64,000 nucleotides of DNA from Candidatus Hydrogenedentota bacterium (GTDB lineage: Bacteria; Hydrogenedentota; Hydrogenedentia; Hydrogenedentales; SLHB01). Shown here one piece after another: positions 31,254 to 41,107 of the stretch. Under the pieces are notes generated by a model. It was not told the DNA's origin, made no database searches, and worked only from the letters and a program-made list of their open reading frames with translations. The position numbers and the translations under genes are program-made. The stretch covers positions 32,001-96,000 of the forward strand of contig BTWA01000011.1 of NCBI GenBank assembly GCA_045863295.1, read 5' to 3'. Each line of letters begins with the position of its first letter. Within the stretch, counting starts at the first letter, position 1.

Positions 31254-32159
31254 TTACCCCCCCGGCAATAGCATCTCGATAAACCGCTTGGCTTGCGTGG
31301 ACTGTGTCCGGCCTTTTTTCAACACAATCCCATAGGTCCTGTTCGGAAAATATCTGGTCACCGGAATCATTGCCAGATTCTCGTCGCCTGTGAGGCAGAT
31401 GCTCATCACAATGGAAATGCCCAGCCCCAACTCCACGTACTTCTTGATCACTTCCCAACCGCCTACCTCAAGCTTCACATCGTAGGTGAGGTCGTTCTGC
31501 GTGAACACGCCCTCCACAAGCCGCCACGTGCTCAGGTGTCTCGGCGGAAGAATGAGCGGGTAACGGCTGATGTCTCTCAAGGTCACGCGCCTCTTGGACG
31601 CAAGAGGATGCTCCTTGTTCGTAATCAGCACGGATTCGTATGACACAATAGGATGAAACTCAAGGTCATCCGGAATCTCCAGCAAAGGCCCGATGCAGAA
31701 ATCCACTTCACCCGCGCGCAACAATTCGAGCCCCGCCCTGCCGGTCACGTTGTGCAACTTGATCTCAATCCGGGGGTACTGATGTACGAAACGTTCCACA
31801 AACGGCGGCAACACATACAAGATGGTCGATCCGCCCGCGGCAATATCCACCCGGCCGCGATCGACATGCTCCCGGCGCGCCCGAAAGTTCTCATCCAGTT
31901 TGTCGAATGCGTCCACGACCGGTTGCGCCAGCTCGACCAGCAATTCGCCGTCCGGCGTGAGAGCAATGCGCGGACCATGCCGCTCAAACAACTTTGCCCC
32001 CAACTCGTGCTCAAGAGCCTTGATCTGGAGCGACACCGACGGCTGGCTGAGAAAGAGCTGTTCGGCCGCCTTTGACATGCTCCCGGTCTTCGCCGCGAGA
32101 CAAAAGCCGCGCAACTGCTGAATGCGATTGTGTCTATATCGAAGGTCCGGCGAAGCCAT
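31254..32159 (-). CDS. LysR family transcriptional regulator
   Basis: HTH 'GSMSKAAEQLFLSQPSVSLQIKALEHELGAKLFER'; substrate-binding domain 'IKKYVELGLGISIV'. Confidence 0.95.
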   Translation of the reverse strand: MASPDLRYRHNRIQQLRGFCLAAKTGSMSKAAEQLFLSQPSVSLQIKALEHELGAKLFERHGPRIALTPDGELLVELAQPVVDAFDKLDENFRARREHVDRGRVDIAAGGSTILYVLPPFVERFVHQYPRIEIKLHNVTGRAGLELLRAGEVDFCIGPLLEIPDDLEFHPIVSYESVLITNKEHPLASKRRVTLRDISRYPLILPPRHLSTWRLVEGVFTQNDLTYDVKLEVGGWEVIKKYVELGLGISIVMSICLTGDENLAMIPVTRYFPNRTYGIVLKKGRTQSTQAKRFIEMLLPGG

Positions 32160-32178
32160 GGTATTAACTCCATTTCAT

Positions 32179-32330
32179 CTCACGCAAAGACGCTAAGAGG
32201 TGACTTGAGATGTGGGGGCAATTGTTGCATTGGTGCATATCCCTCCAATCCAAACTCCATAACGAGTCCACACGGGATGGAGCGTTGCAGAATCCAGACA
32301 CCTCTTTGCGTCTTAGCGCCTTTGCGCGAG
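32179..32330. repeat. Inverted-repeat element built from 8-bp units (CGCAAAGA/CGCTAAGA)
   Basis: Left CTCACGCAAAGACGCTAAGAGGTG (32179-32202); right CACCTCTTTGCGTCTTAGCGCCTTTGCGCGAG (32299-32330), whose reverse complement has one extra unit; 96-bp spacer. Confidence 0.85.
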
Positions 32331-32645
32331 GCAAATACCATCATTAAAATAACCAATACTGTCCATTGAAACAATTGCTTTGACTTATAGGCTAACGACT
32401 GGTAGGTTTTACCCATTCAGGGGAGGCCAGGCCCAATCGCCCCTCTCCCTCCTGGTAAAACATAGACCGCGCGTAAGCGCGCGGTTGGGCTCTTATGAAG
32501 GCCCGGGGCGCCGGCTCGCGTTTACCCCCGCAAAACCGCCAAAAACGCGGATCGGCACATGCCTCGGGCTCTTTCCTTTTTCTGAAGCCGCTTTGATTTC
32601 ACGCCGCCGCAGGAGTAAAACGGTCTGTAGATGGAGGGGACCGTC

Positions 32646-33986
32646 ATGAAACGCTGGCTACTTGGGGGATGCATGAGTCTTTGGATGATCGCGGCGGGCG
32701 CGCAACCTTACGAACCCAACTGGGAATCGCTGGACAAACGGCCCACACCCGAATGGTTTCTCGATGCCAAGTTTGGCATCTTCATCCATTGGGGGGTCTA
32801 CTCGGTGCCGTCTTGGGGACCCAAGGATCGCTACGCCGAATGGTATTGGCACGACATGCAGGATAAGAACGGCGAGACCTGGAAGTTCCACGAGAAAACG
32901 TACGGCGCGAGCTTTCAGTACCAGGATTTTGTGCCGCTCTTCAACGCGGAATTATTCAACCCTGACGAGTGGGCGGACATCTTCAAGCGATCCGGCGCGA
33001 AATACATTGTGCTGACCTCCAAGCACCACGAAGGCTTTTGCCTGTGGCCAAGCGCGCAAAGCTGGAATTGGAACAGCGTGGATGTCGGGCCGCACCGGGA
33101 TCTCTGCGGCGATCTGATTGCCGCCGTTCACGAAAAAGGCCTGCGCATGGGCTACTACTATTCCATCTACGAATGGTACAACCCGCTTTACAAAAGCGAT
33201 GTCAATGCGTACGTGGACCAGCATATGCTTCCTCAATTGAAGGATCTTGTCCAACGCTACAAACCCGACATTGTCTGGCCCGACGGCGAGTGGGATCACC
33301 CGAGCGCCACGTGGAAGAGCGAAGAGTTTTTGGCCTGGCTCTACAACGAATCCGGCGCGCCGAAGGATGTGGTGGCCAATGATCGATGGGGCAAGGAAAC
33401 TCGCAATGTCCATGGCGGATTCGCCACGCCCGAATACGGACACATCGGCGAGGGCGGATTGATTACGGCGGAGAAGTGGGAAGAGTGCCAAGGCATGGGC
33501 CGCTCCTTTGGATATAACCGCAACGAAAATGCGGACAACTACCGCAGCGCCAAGGATCTTTTGAAACTCCTGATCGATACGGTGAGCCGGGGCGGAAATC
33601 TGCTCCTCGACATTGGCCCCACAGCCGACGGCCGCATTCCCGTCATCATGCAGCAACGCCTGTTGGATATGGGCGCGTGGCTTGCCGTCAACGGCGAGGC
33701 CATCTTCGGCTCACGCCGGTGGCGCGAGCCGAAGGAAAGCGACTCCGTTCACTACACCGCCAAAGACGGCGTGGTATACGTCATTTGCACGGAGTGGCCG
33801 GAAGACCGGTTGGAACTAACCGTACCGAAAGCGAAAGGCACGGTGACGGCTTCCCTGTTGGGCTACGATTCGCCCCTCACGGTAACGGCCGGCCCGACCG
33901 GACTCGCGATTGATATCCCCCCGCTGTCACCCGCGAAAGTGCCGTGCAACCATGCGTGGGTCATCAAATTGACGAACGTCGAATAA
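32646..33986 (+). CDS. Alpha-L-fucosidase (GH29), secreted
   Basis: Signal peptide; WFLDAKFGIFIHWG, TSKHHEGF, WPDG, NDRWG, WEECQGM, NLLLDIGP. Confidence 0.95.
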   Translation: MKRWLLGGCMSLWMIAAGAQPYEPNWESLDKRPTPEWFLDAKFGIFIHWGVYSVPSWGPKDRYAEWYWHDMQDKNGETWKFHEKTYGASFQYQDFVPLFNAELFNPDEWADIFKRSGAKYIVLTSKHHEGFCLWPSAQSWNWNSVDVGPHRDLCGDLIAAVHEKGLRMGYYYSIYEWYNPLYKSDVNAYVDQHMLPQLKDLVQRYKPDIVWPDGEWDHPSATWKSEEFLAWLYNESGAPKDVVANDRWGKETRNVHGGFATPEYGHIGEGGLITAEKWEECQGMGRSFGYNRNENADNYRSAKDLLKLLIDTVSRGGNLLLDIGPTADGRIPVIMQQRLLDMGAWLAVNGEAIFGSRRWREPKESDSVHYTAKDGVVYVICTEWPEDRLELTVPKAKGTVTASLLGYDSPLTVTAGPTGLAIDIPPLSPAKVPCNHAWVIKLTNVE

Positions 33987-33992
33987 CGCCGG

Positions 33993-35282
33993 TTACAATT
34001 CGAGGTCGCGCACGATATAGCGCGCGAGGATGGCATGCGCTTCCGCCGCGGGGTGTTGGTCGTAGGGAATGAGAAACCCGGACTCGGCGGCCTCGGGTAG
34101 ATCCGTGTAATCCAGCACATCGACGCCCGCCGCCTTGAGGTAGGGAAGAATCCTCCGCCCGTCCGTCTCGTCGCGCGGGTGCCGCGGCCAAAGTATCGCG
34201 GTGAAGCGCGCACCGAACCGACCCACCGCGCGATCGCGTGACGCGATAATTAAGCGCGCGGCGTACTCGACCTGAGAATCCGGAATGAACGGCGGAAAAT
34301 CCATCGCGAAGTACTTGCCGATCTGTTCATGCTTAAGCGTGTCGAACAAGCGCACACGCCAGGGATGCACCTCCAGATACGCGCCTGTATTGACCAGTTC
34401 GCCTTTCGCATTGGATTCGTAGGCGGGAAAGTGACGCCCCCACCGAGTGGTGACTACCATCGATCCGGCTGCGCGCCGGATATGCGCGGGAATGTAAACG
34501 TACAACACGCGATCGATTGAAACTTCCAGTTCGCTTGCCAGTGTTTCCTTCTCCAATTGGGCCAGCATTTGTTGCGGACCATATCCGCCGTAGCCGTAGT
34601 TGTACACGGCGCACTCTCGCGCAAGGAGTGCGATCCGATTGGGAAGGGTTTCATCGTCGTTCACACCCGATCCCTGGACAAACGAACAGCCAAATACCAT
34701 CACACCGCGCGTCCGCGTTGGACCAGGCATTCCATCGGGCGTTGCACGTCGGCCATACCTGTCAAACGAGTAGGTCGCCTCTGAAAACGCCTCGCCATTT
34801 CGCGACATCGTAATCGTGCTTACGTGATTGGGATACGGCTTGTAGCCAAGCAACGGATCGTACCCGTGCAGGTCGCCATTGGAATACCGCAGCGTATACG
34901 GCGGTTGAACCCGCGCGTTCAACACGTAAAACGCGGCTTCCGCGCTTGCGAGCATCGCACAGGCCACCGACACGCCCAGTGCCGTGGCAAACGCATTGGG
35001 ATGCGCCCGAGCCAGCCGAACCGCCCCCCCAGCGAGAGAACATCGGCGCCGCAAAAGGAGCGCGCCCATGCCGAATCCCAACAGAACGGCGTCCGCGGCT
35101 AGTACGGCGATTCGCGTATCCCCATCCAACCGTCCGTCGGGCGATACGGTCCTCTCCAAGAGAAACGGATTCAAAACCAAGGCGCAACAAACCAGAATCA
35201 CGCCCGCGGCCGTTGTGGATATGCTTGTGCTGTTCCGCTCCGGTTTGTGATGGGATTCCGTCATCGCGGTCCGCGCGATCAA
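33993..35282 (-). CDS. Membrane-anchored SGNH/GDSL-like protein
   Basis: Three N-terminal TM segments; FGCSFVQG, NYGYGGYGPQQ, DQHP; start may be 35264. Confidence 0.7.
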   Translation of the reverse strand: MIARTAMTESHHKPERNSTSISTTAAGVILVCCALVLNPFLLERTVSPDGRLDGDTRIAVLAADAVLLGFGMGALLLRRRCSLAGGAVRLARAHPNAFATALGVSVACAMLASAEAAFYVLNARVQPPYTLRYSNGDLHGYDPLLGYKPYPNHVSTITMSRNGEAFSEATYSFDRYGRRATPDGMPGPTRTRGVMVFGCSFVQGSGVNDDETLPNRIALLARECAVYNYGYGGYGPQQMLAQLEKETLASELEVSIDRVLYVYIPAHIRRAAGSMVVTTRWGRHFPAYESNAKGELVNTGAYLEVHPWRVRLFDTLKHEQIGKYFAMDFPPFIPDSQVEYAARLIIASRDRAVGRFGARFTAILWPRHPRDETDGRRILPYLKAAGVDVLDYTDLPEAAESGFLIPYDQHPAAEAHAILARYIVRDLEL

Positions 35283-35968
35283 TCCGTTCGCGTTCGCGCG
35301 GCATCCAACGCGTCTTCAATCTCGCCGAACTTCACGCGATAATCTTCGCGCGCCCGTTGAATCACTTCGACGGCTTCCGCGCGTCCATAGATATGATCGA
35401 TCTCGCAGATGCGTTCGCGCGCGTCCGGCGCCTGCTTGTACGTGAGGAAATAGTGCCGCAACCGTTCAATGGTTGCGGGCTTGCAATCCTTGATGTCCAT
35501 GTTATCGCCGTGCGCGAGATCTTTGTACATCACCGCGATGATCTTGTCATCGGCCTCGTTGCCGTCGATCATGCGGAAACCGCCAATCGGCACTGCACGC
35601 AGCAGGATGTTGCTTTTACGTATGGACTTTTCGGACAGGATGCAGATATCCAGCGGGTCGCCGTCACCGCGTATACCCGTGCGCCCGGTGCGTTCCATGC
35701 ACAATTGCGCGGAGAGATCGCCGGAATAGGTCTGCGGGATCAGCCCATACAACGTCGGACACACGTTCGAATACAACTGGGGACGGTCCACGATGAGCAG
35801 ACCGGTCTCTTTGTCCAATTCGTATTTGACGGTGTCGGTCGGCGTCAATTCGATGTATACGGTCAACACATCCGGGGCATGGTCGCCGATGTGAACGCCG
35901 TGCCACGGATGGGCGCGCAGGAGCGACGCGGAGATACGAAGTTCGGAACTCTTGGATGAATCGGGCAT
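35279..35968 (-). CDS. ppa: Soluble inorganic pyrophosphatase (family I)
   Basis: HPWHG, KYELDK, YGLIPQT, GDGDPLD, EADDKIIAV, HYFLTYK. Confidence 0.93.
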   Translation of the reverse strand: MPDSSKSSELRISASLLRAHPWHGVHIGDHAPDVLTVYIELTPTDTVKYELDKETGLLIVDRPQLYSNVCPTLYGLIPQTYSGDLSAQLCMERTGRTGIRGDGDPLDICILSEKSIRKSNILLRAVPIGGFRMIDGNEADDKIIAVMYKDLAHGDNMDIKDCKPATIERLRHYFLTYKQAPDARERICEIDHIYGRAEAVEVIQRAREDYRVKFGEIEDALDAARTRTD

Positions 35969-36079
35969 GAATACACCTCGCTTGTACTGCCTGAACGGGA
36001 TGCAACCAGGGCTGCGTGTCCGCCGCGAAACTGCCGCGACGGATTGACGGCCGTATGATAGCCCGAATGATTGACGATT

Positions 36080-36117
36080 AGAAATAGAAATGGGGCACGC
36101 CCTTGTTGCGTGCCCCA
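36080..36117 (-). terminator. Rho-independent terminator
   Basis: 10-bp stem TGGGGCACGC/GCGTGCCCCA followed on the minus strand by TTTCTATTTC. Confidence 0.7.
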
Positions 36118-36151
36118 GACCGATAAAATCGAGCTTGAACCGTAACGCCCG

Positions 36152-37024
36152 CTATTGTGCGCCGCCCTGTTGGGGTGGGCCACCGCGGCCGCCGCCAAAA
36201 CCGCCGCCCCGGCCGCCCCAACCACCGGGACCGCCTCCGCCAAAGCCGCCGCGGCCAAATCCGCCCGCGCTGAGGTTGTAGTACTCGCTCTCCATGGTGG
36301 ACCGGAGATTGGACAGGATTTGTTGTTGCTGGCCTGGGTCGGTGATCCCGCTGCTGGCCAGCGAACTTCCCAGCATGTGATCTTGATATTCCCGGACTAG
36401 ATTGCGCGTTTGTTCCCAGGCGGCACGGCCCTGCTCACGGGCCGCCTCGCGCTCTTCGTCGGTCTCCAGGTTGCGCATGTTCTGCATCATTTCCATGTTT
36501 GCATTGACCTGTTGCTGGATATTCAGGATGTGCTGTTGGGCAACGGGATCCGTCGTCGCGGCGAGGGCCTCTTGAAAATAGTTGCTCACGCCTTCCTGCA
36601 TGCGCGCACGGAATTCTTCCCGACCCTGTTCGCGGCGTTCGTCGCGTTCTTCGCGCTCGTCGCGTTGCCGGCCGATTTCCAGAAGCGCGGCCTGTCCGGC
36701 GAGCATCTCTGCCAGACGGCCACCCTCGGTGCTGGGCGCGTCGGTCTGGTCCATGGCCGCCGACTCCGCCGGACCCTGCGGTTGCGGCGTGGCAAGCGCG
36801 GCTGCCTGGGTCTCCAGGATTTTGCGTTGCGCTTCCAATTGCGCCAGTTGTTTCTTGAGCTCGTCCGATTGGGCTTGCAGTGTTTTCTGGGCCTTTTGCG
36901 AGGCTTCCATCTGGGTTTCCAAGTCGGCGATGTACGCGTTGTACTTGGCGTATACCCCTACAGCACCCCCGCTTGCGCCCAATGCCAGGGCAACGATTGC
37001 CACGGCGATGATTCGGTTCGACAT
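36152..37024 (-). CDS. Hypothetical single-pass membrane/exported coiled-coil protein with Gly/RGG-rich C-terminus
   Basis: Hydrophobic N-terminus, Q/E/R-rich helices, tail GGFGRGGFGGGGPGGWGGRGGGFGGGRGGPPQQGGAQ; GGAG RBS. Confidence 0.7.
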   Translation of the reverse strand: MSNRIIAVAIVALALGASGGAVGVYAKYNAYIADLETQMEASQKAQKTLQAQSDELKKQLAQLEAQRKILETQAAALATPQPQGPAESAAMDQTDAPSTEGGRLAEMLAGQAALLEIGRQRDEREERDERREQGREEFRARMQEGVSNYFQEALAATTDPVAQQHILNIQQQVNANMEMMQNMRNLETDEEREAAREQGRAAWEQTRNLVREYQDHMLGSSLASSGITDPGQQQQILSNLRSTMESEYYNLSAGGFGRGGFGGGGPGGWGGRGGGFGGGRGGPPQQGGAQ

Positions 37025-37237
37025 GTTCGGACACTCCGGCAGATAGTGATTTTTTGTCCCGCGCATCCAAATGGTTGCAGGTTCGGACCAATCATTCAAC
37101 ACCAGACTCGGCGGTTCAGTTCCGGCTTAACGCGGCGAACTTCTGGTGAACCCTTGCCGGGCGCATGCCAGCGGACATGGCCTTTTGGTCAGTCTCGCGA
37201 TTACAATGAGCGGTCAAGGCAAGTGTCAGGCAAACCC

Positions 37238-38410
37238 ATGCGATCAATCTACTTAGATCATAGCTCGACCACGCCGGTGCGGCCCGAGGTCGTGGAGGCC
37301 ATGTTGCCATTCTGGACGGACCGGTTTGGCAATGCGGGATCGATACACGCATTCGGCCGATCGTGTCGCCGCGCCGTGGACGATGCCCGCGATCAGGTCG
37401 CGGCACTTATTGACGCGCATCCCAGGGACATTGTATTCACTTCCGGCGGCACCGAGTCGGATAATCTCGCGGTGCGGGGTATTCCGGGTGCGCGTCCGCC
37501 GGGCCGTCGCGGGATTCTGGTTTCGGCCGTAGAACATCATGCCGTATTACACGCGGCGGAGGCGGAGGCCAAACACGACGGCGGCGCAGTTCGCATCCTT
37601 CCAGTCAGCGCGGACGGCGTCGCCGACGTGGGCGCACTGGAAGCATTGGCGGACGACTCGCTGGCGTTGGTGTCGGTCATGCATGCGAACAACGAGACGG
37701 GTGTCATTCAACCCGTGGCGGCGGTTGCGGAATGGTGTTGTGCACGAGGCATTCCCTTTCACTGCGACGTGGTTCAGTCGATTGGCAAGATCCCTTTTAG
37801 TATTAAGGCACTGCCTGTTGCCATGCTTGCGATATCCGCGCACAAGCTGAACGGACCCAAGGGGGTTGGCGCGTGTTACATCCGCAAGGGGACGGAGTTC
37901 GTGCCGCAGATGAGCGGTGGATTTCAGGAACGCGAGCGGCGTGCGGGCACCGAGAACGTCGCGGGCATCGTCGGTTTTGGCAAGGCCTGCGAGATCGCGA
38001 AGCGGGACATGGACACTGTCGCCGCGCGGATGCGCCGTCTGCGGGACGCGTTGCAGTCGGGTATTCTGGAACGCATCCCGGAGTCGTTCGTGAACGGGGC
38101 GCAAGCGGAACGGCTGCCCCATCTGCTCAACATCCGGTTCGCGGGTGTCGAAGGCGAATCCGTCGTGCTTGCCCTGGATGTGGAAGGCGTAGCCGTGTCC
38201 AGCGGATCGACGTGTAGTTCGGGCGCGGTGGAGGCGTCGCATGTGCTGCTGGCGATGGGCCAGACTCATGCGGAGGCGCAAAGCGCCGTTCGCTTCAGTC
38301 TGGGCCACAGCACTACGGAGGCGGAAATTGACGAAGTGCTGGCTCTTCTGCCGGGCGTCATTGAGCGGATTCGCCGGGCGACGCCCCGTCCGACCTCAGC
38401 GCCGATTTAG
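37238..38410 (+). CDS. iscS: Cysteine desulfurase (IscS/NifS group I)
   Basis: IYLDHSSTT, FTSGGTESDN, ANNETG, SAHKLNGPKG (PLP lysine), RAGTEN, SSGSTC; true start 37238 inside track ORF 36410. Confidence 0.92.
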   Translation: MRSIYLDHSSTTPVRPEVVEAMLPFWTDRFGNAGSIHAFGRSCRRAVDDARDQVAALIDAHPRDIVFTSGGTESDNLAVRGIPGARPPGRRGILVSAVEHHAVLHAAEAEAKHDGGAVRILPVSADGVADVGALEALADDSLALVSVMHANNETGVIQPVAAVAEWCCARGIPFHCDVVQSIGKIPFSIKALPVAMLAISAHKLNGPKGVGACYIRKGTEFVPQMSGGFQERERRAGTENVAGIVGFGKACEIAKRDMDTVAARMRRLRDALQSGILERIPESFVNGAQAERLPHLLNIRFAGVEGESVVLALDVEGVAVSSGSTCSSGAVEASHVLLAMGQTHAEAQSAVRFSLGHSTTEAEIDEVLALLPGVIERIRRATPRPTSAPI

Positions 38411-38488
38411 CATTGGTTCCCTTGAAACGCATCGCGCGGCGAACCCGGGTTTCCGGATCCGCCGCGCGCATAAAATAATCGGTACGAA

Positions 38489-39874
38489 TTACAGGCTGAT
38501 TTCCCAGCCCTTGCGGTATTCCTTCGAGACAAACTGGTTTGCTTCGGGCACGTTGGTAATTTTCATGGCCTTGGCATCCCACTCGAATTTCTGGCCGGCT
38601 TCGCCGCAGCGCACGGCGAGATTGCCGAGCAACACGGTCTCCGAGAACGGGCCGGCGTAATCGAAATAGGATCCCGCCTGTTCCTGCTCGCCTTTGATCG
38701 CTGAAATCCAGTCGGTGTAGTGGCTGCCTTTCACGCGGGGCAGGAACGGCTCGGGGCGTTGATAGGCTTCGTTGACCGCATCGGGCAGGAGCCTCGAACC
38801 GTCGCCGTAGGTGCCGGTGGTCGCCATGCCTTTATCGCCGATGAACAGCGAGCCGTTGTTGCCTTCGCCAAGCTTGGTGTCGGCGGGCAGGCCTTCGGGC
38901 ATCGGCGGCATGAGACCGCCGTCGTACCAATACACGGCGACCGGATCCATCTTCTTGCCATCGGGCGCGACGCGTTCGGGAAAATCGAACTTCACGATGG
39001 ACTTGTTCGGCGCCATTTCGCTGGAACGGCCTTCCTGGGTCACCAACTCGAAGCTCGTGGGATAGCCCAACTGCAAGCTGTAGAAGGCAGGGTCCATGAT
39101 ATGGCAGGCCATGTCGCCGAGAGCGCCGCAACCGAAATCCCACCATCCGCGCCACACAAAGGGGCAATAGCACTTTTCGTTCGTGACGGGATGCTTGTCC
39201 ACATACGGACGTTCCGGCGCGGGTCCGAGCCAGAGGTCCCAATCCAACGTGTCGGGAATGGCATCGGTTTTGTCGGGGCGATCGAGACCTTGCGGCCAGA
39301 TGGGCCGGTTGGTCCAGCAGTGCACTTCGCGCACCTGGCCAATGGCTCCGCCCCAGATCATTTCGGTGAGTTGGCGCACGCCTTCGCCGGAACGGCCCTG
39401 GTTGCCCATCTGCGTTTTTACTTTGTACTTGCGGGCGGCCTCGGTGAGGAGGCGCGCTTCCCACACGGTGTGGGTGAGCGGTTTTTGCACGTAGACGTGA
39501 ATGCCGCGTTCCATGGCAGCCATGGCGGCGATCGCATGGAAATGATCGGGCGTCGAGATGGTTACCGCGTCAATGCTTTCCTTGTCGAGCATTTCGCGAA
39601 AGTCTTTGTACTGTTTGGCGTCGGGAAACTTGGCGAAGGTTTCCGCGGCGTTCGCCCAATCCACGTCGCACAACGCCACCACGTTTTCTTTCGAGCACCC
39701 GGCGATGTCGCTGCCGCCTTTGCCGCCGGAGCCGATGGCGGCAATGTTCAACTTGTCATTGGGACTGACTTTGCGCGGGCCGGCGGTCTTCTTGCCGCCT
39801 TTGGTGGCGCAGCCCGCCGCGAGCGTCGCGGCGCCCATGTAGATGAAGGTCCTGCGTGAGATGTACTTGCTCAT
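38489..39874 (-). CDS. Tat-exported Gfo/Idh/MocA oxidoreductase (possible lipoprotein)
   Basis: SRRTFI Tat motif, LAAG-C; STPDHFH, VYVQKPL, QMGNQ, WDLWLGPAP, GALGDMACH. Confidence 0.93.
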   Translation of the reverse strand: MSKYISRRTFIYMGAATLAAGCATKGGKKTAGPRKVSPNDKLNIAAIGSGGKGGSDIAGCSKENVVALCDVDWANAAETFAKFPDAKQYKDFREMLDKESIDAVTISTPDHFHAIAAMAAMERGIHVYVQKPLTHTVWEARLLTEAARKYKVKTQMGNQGRSGEGVRQLTEMIWGGAIGQVREVHCWTNRPIWPQGLDRPDKTDAIPDTLDWDLWLGPAPERPYVDKHPVTNEKCYCPFVWRGWWDFGCGALGDMACHIMDPAFYSLQLGYPTSFELVTQEGRSSEMAPNKSIVKFDFPERVAPDGKKMDPVAVYWYDGGLMPPMPEGLPADTKLGEGNNGSLFIGDKGMATTGTYGDGSRLLPDAVNEAYQRPEPFLPRVKGSHYTDWISAIKGEQEQAGSYFDYAGPFSETVLLGNLAVRCGEAGQKFEWDAKAMKITNVPEANQFVSKEYRKGWEISL

Positions 39875-40518
39875 GATGGCGTGATTCTCCCCGTTTCCTT
39901 TGGAAGTTGGTTCTCGAGGACCCCCCACAGGGACCAGGCGCCGAGCCCTGTTTTGCGCAATCCATGTAGAACTGCCGTATTGCGCCCCTGTCGAAGGTCC
40001 ACCGTCCAGACGCGAAAGTGAAAGGATAGGGAAAAAGGAAAACTCCTTCAAATTGAAATCCCGGGACGGCAGACGTTGCCTTGTACCTTTAAGCGCGGTG
40101 TGTTGCATTGGAGGGTGGGTGGATGCGTTGCGCGTTTCTTCTTGCCGGTTCAAGGGGGTTGGAGCGCATGGGCGCCGCACGATTCGGGGTCCTATGGTTG
40201 TTTGTACTGGGGTTGCCTGCCGGGGTGTGCCGGTACATTTTACAGGACCAAGTAATGCCCTTGGGGGCATTTCCCTTAGGAAATTGAAACAAGGGTATAT
40301 TCTTGTTTTTCTTGTTTTACTTGATCATTCCAGACAAGACAAATACTTCGAAGGGCTGCAAGGGTAAATCGAAAATCGGGTCGCGTGCGGGAAGGCATGG
40401 CCGCGGTGCGGCGTGTCATTCACCGTTTGCCATCGACAATTCGATGACCTCTCCTGTTTCCACCGTGGCGACGAAGTGGGACATCGTGCCTAATTGATCG
40501 GTTCTTCCCAAACGCTAT

Positions 40519-40986
40519 TCATGATTCTTTCCGGCGTTGCTGGCGCGTGCGGTACAGCCGCTCCTTGAAGCCGCCTTCCTTTTCAAACGCCGCCGCCAGT
40601 GCCTGAACTTGACGGACCAGTAGGGCGATGGCCGCACCAATCAGGACTAGTGCCGCATTGGCGGCAGGCCCCGCATACTTGGACGGCATGGACTTCATGG
40701 ACGGAATGCCGGCTTCCTCCAGTCCATGGTGTTCATCCGGTCGATTCAGTCCATGCTTCTTCGACGTGGCGCTCGCCACGCTTCCCTCGGCGATGTTCTG
40801 CACCCCTGACCGCGCCGCCTGCACCATCTGGTCGTGCATTCGGCCCCGCCAGTCGATGTAGCGGTCACAGAATCGGACTGCCACATCGTAGGCAAGTTGC
40901 GCCACCTGAAAACTCTTCAGGTTTCGGTAGCCGCCATGCTTTGGCAGCAGCGGCTCCCGCTCACGGCGTTCATCCGGTCCATTCAT
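40519..40986 (-). pseudogene. Four-helix-bundle suffix-domain gene with internal deletion (probably degenerate)
   Basis: Paralogue of 2145-2720 (HGGY...QMVQAARSGVQNIAEGS..SATSKK ...EKEGGFKERLYR) but the conserved 'ExKLTNVARASLEELLxDY' helix is absent; repeat-encoded sequence sits at the junction. The frame is still open. Confidence 0.7.
40679..40755. repeat. Inverted pair of 9-bp arrays inside the degenerate four-helix-bundle gene
   Basis: TTGGACGGC ATGGACTTC ATGGACGGA (40679-40705) opposite CAGTCCATG GTGTTCATC CGGTCGATT CAGTCCATG (40720-40755). Confidence 0.8.
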
Positions 40987-41107
40987 GGAACGATCTCGTG
41001 TTCAGCGCAGGCCATACTTTCTAATCGCATTCATTATGCCTCCTAGGCTTGGCGGCCCACGATGGTTTGGATACTACTGGCGGTTTGATGTTGGAATCCG
41101 GTTTGGG

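Noticed and set aside
36410..37237. Long N-terminal extension of the 666-aa cysteine desulfurase ORF
   Set aside because: Antisense to the 36152-37024 gene; IscS homology begins at Met 37238.
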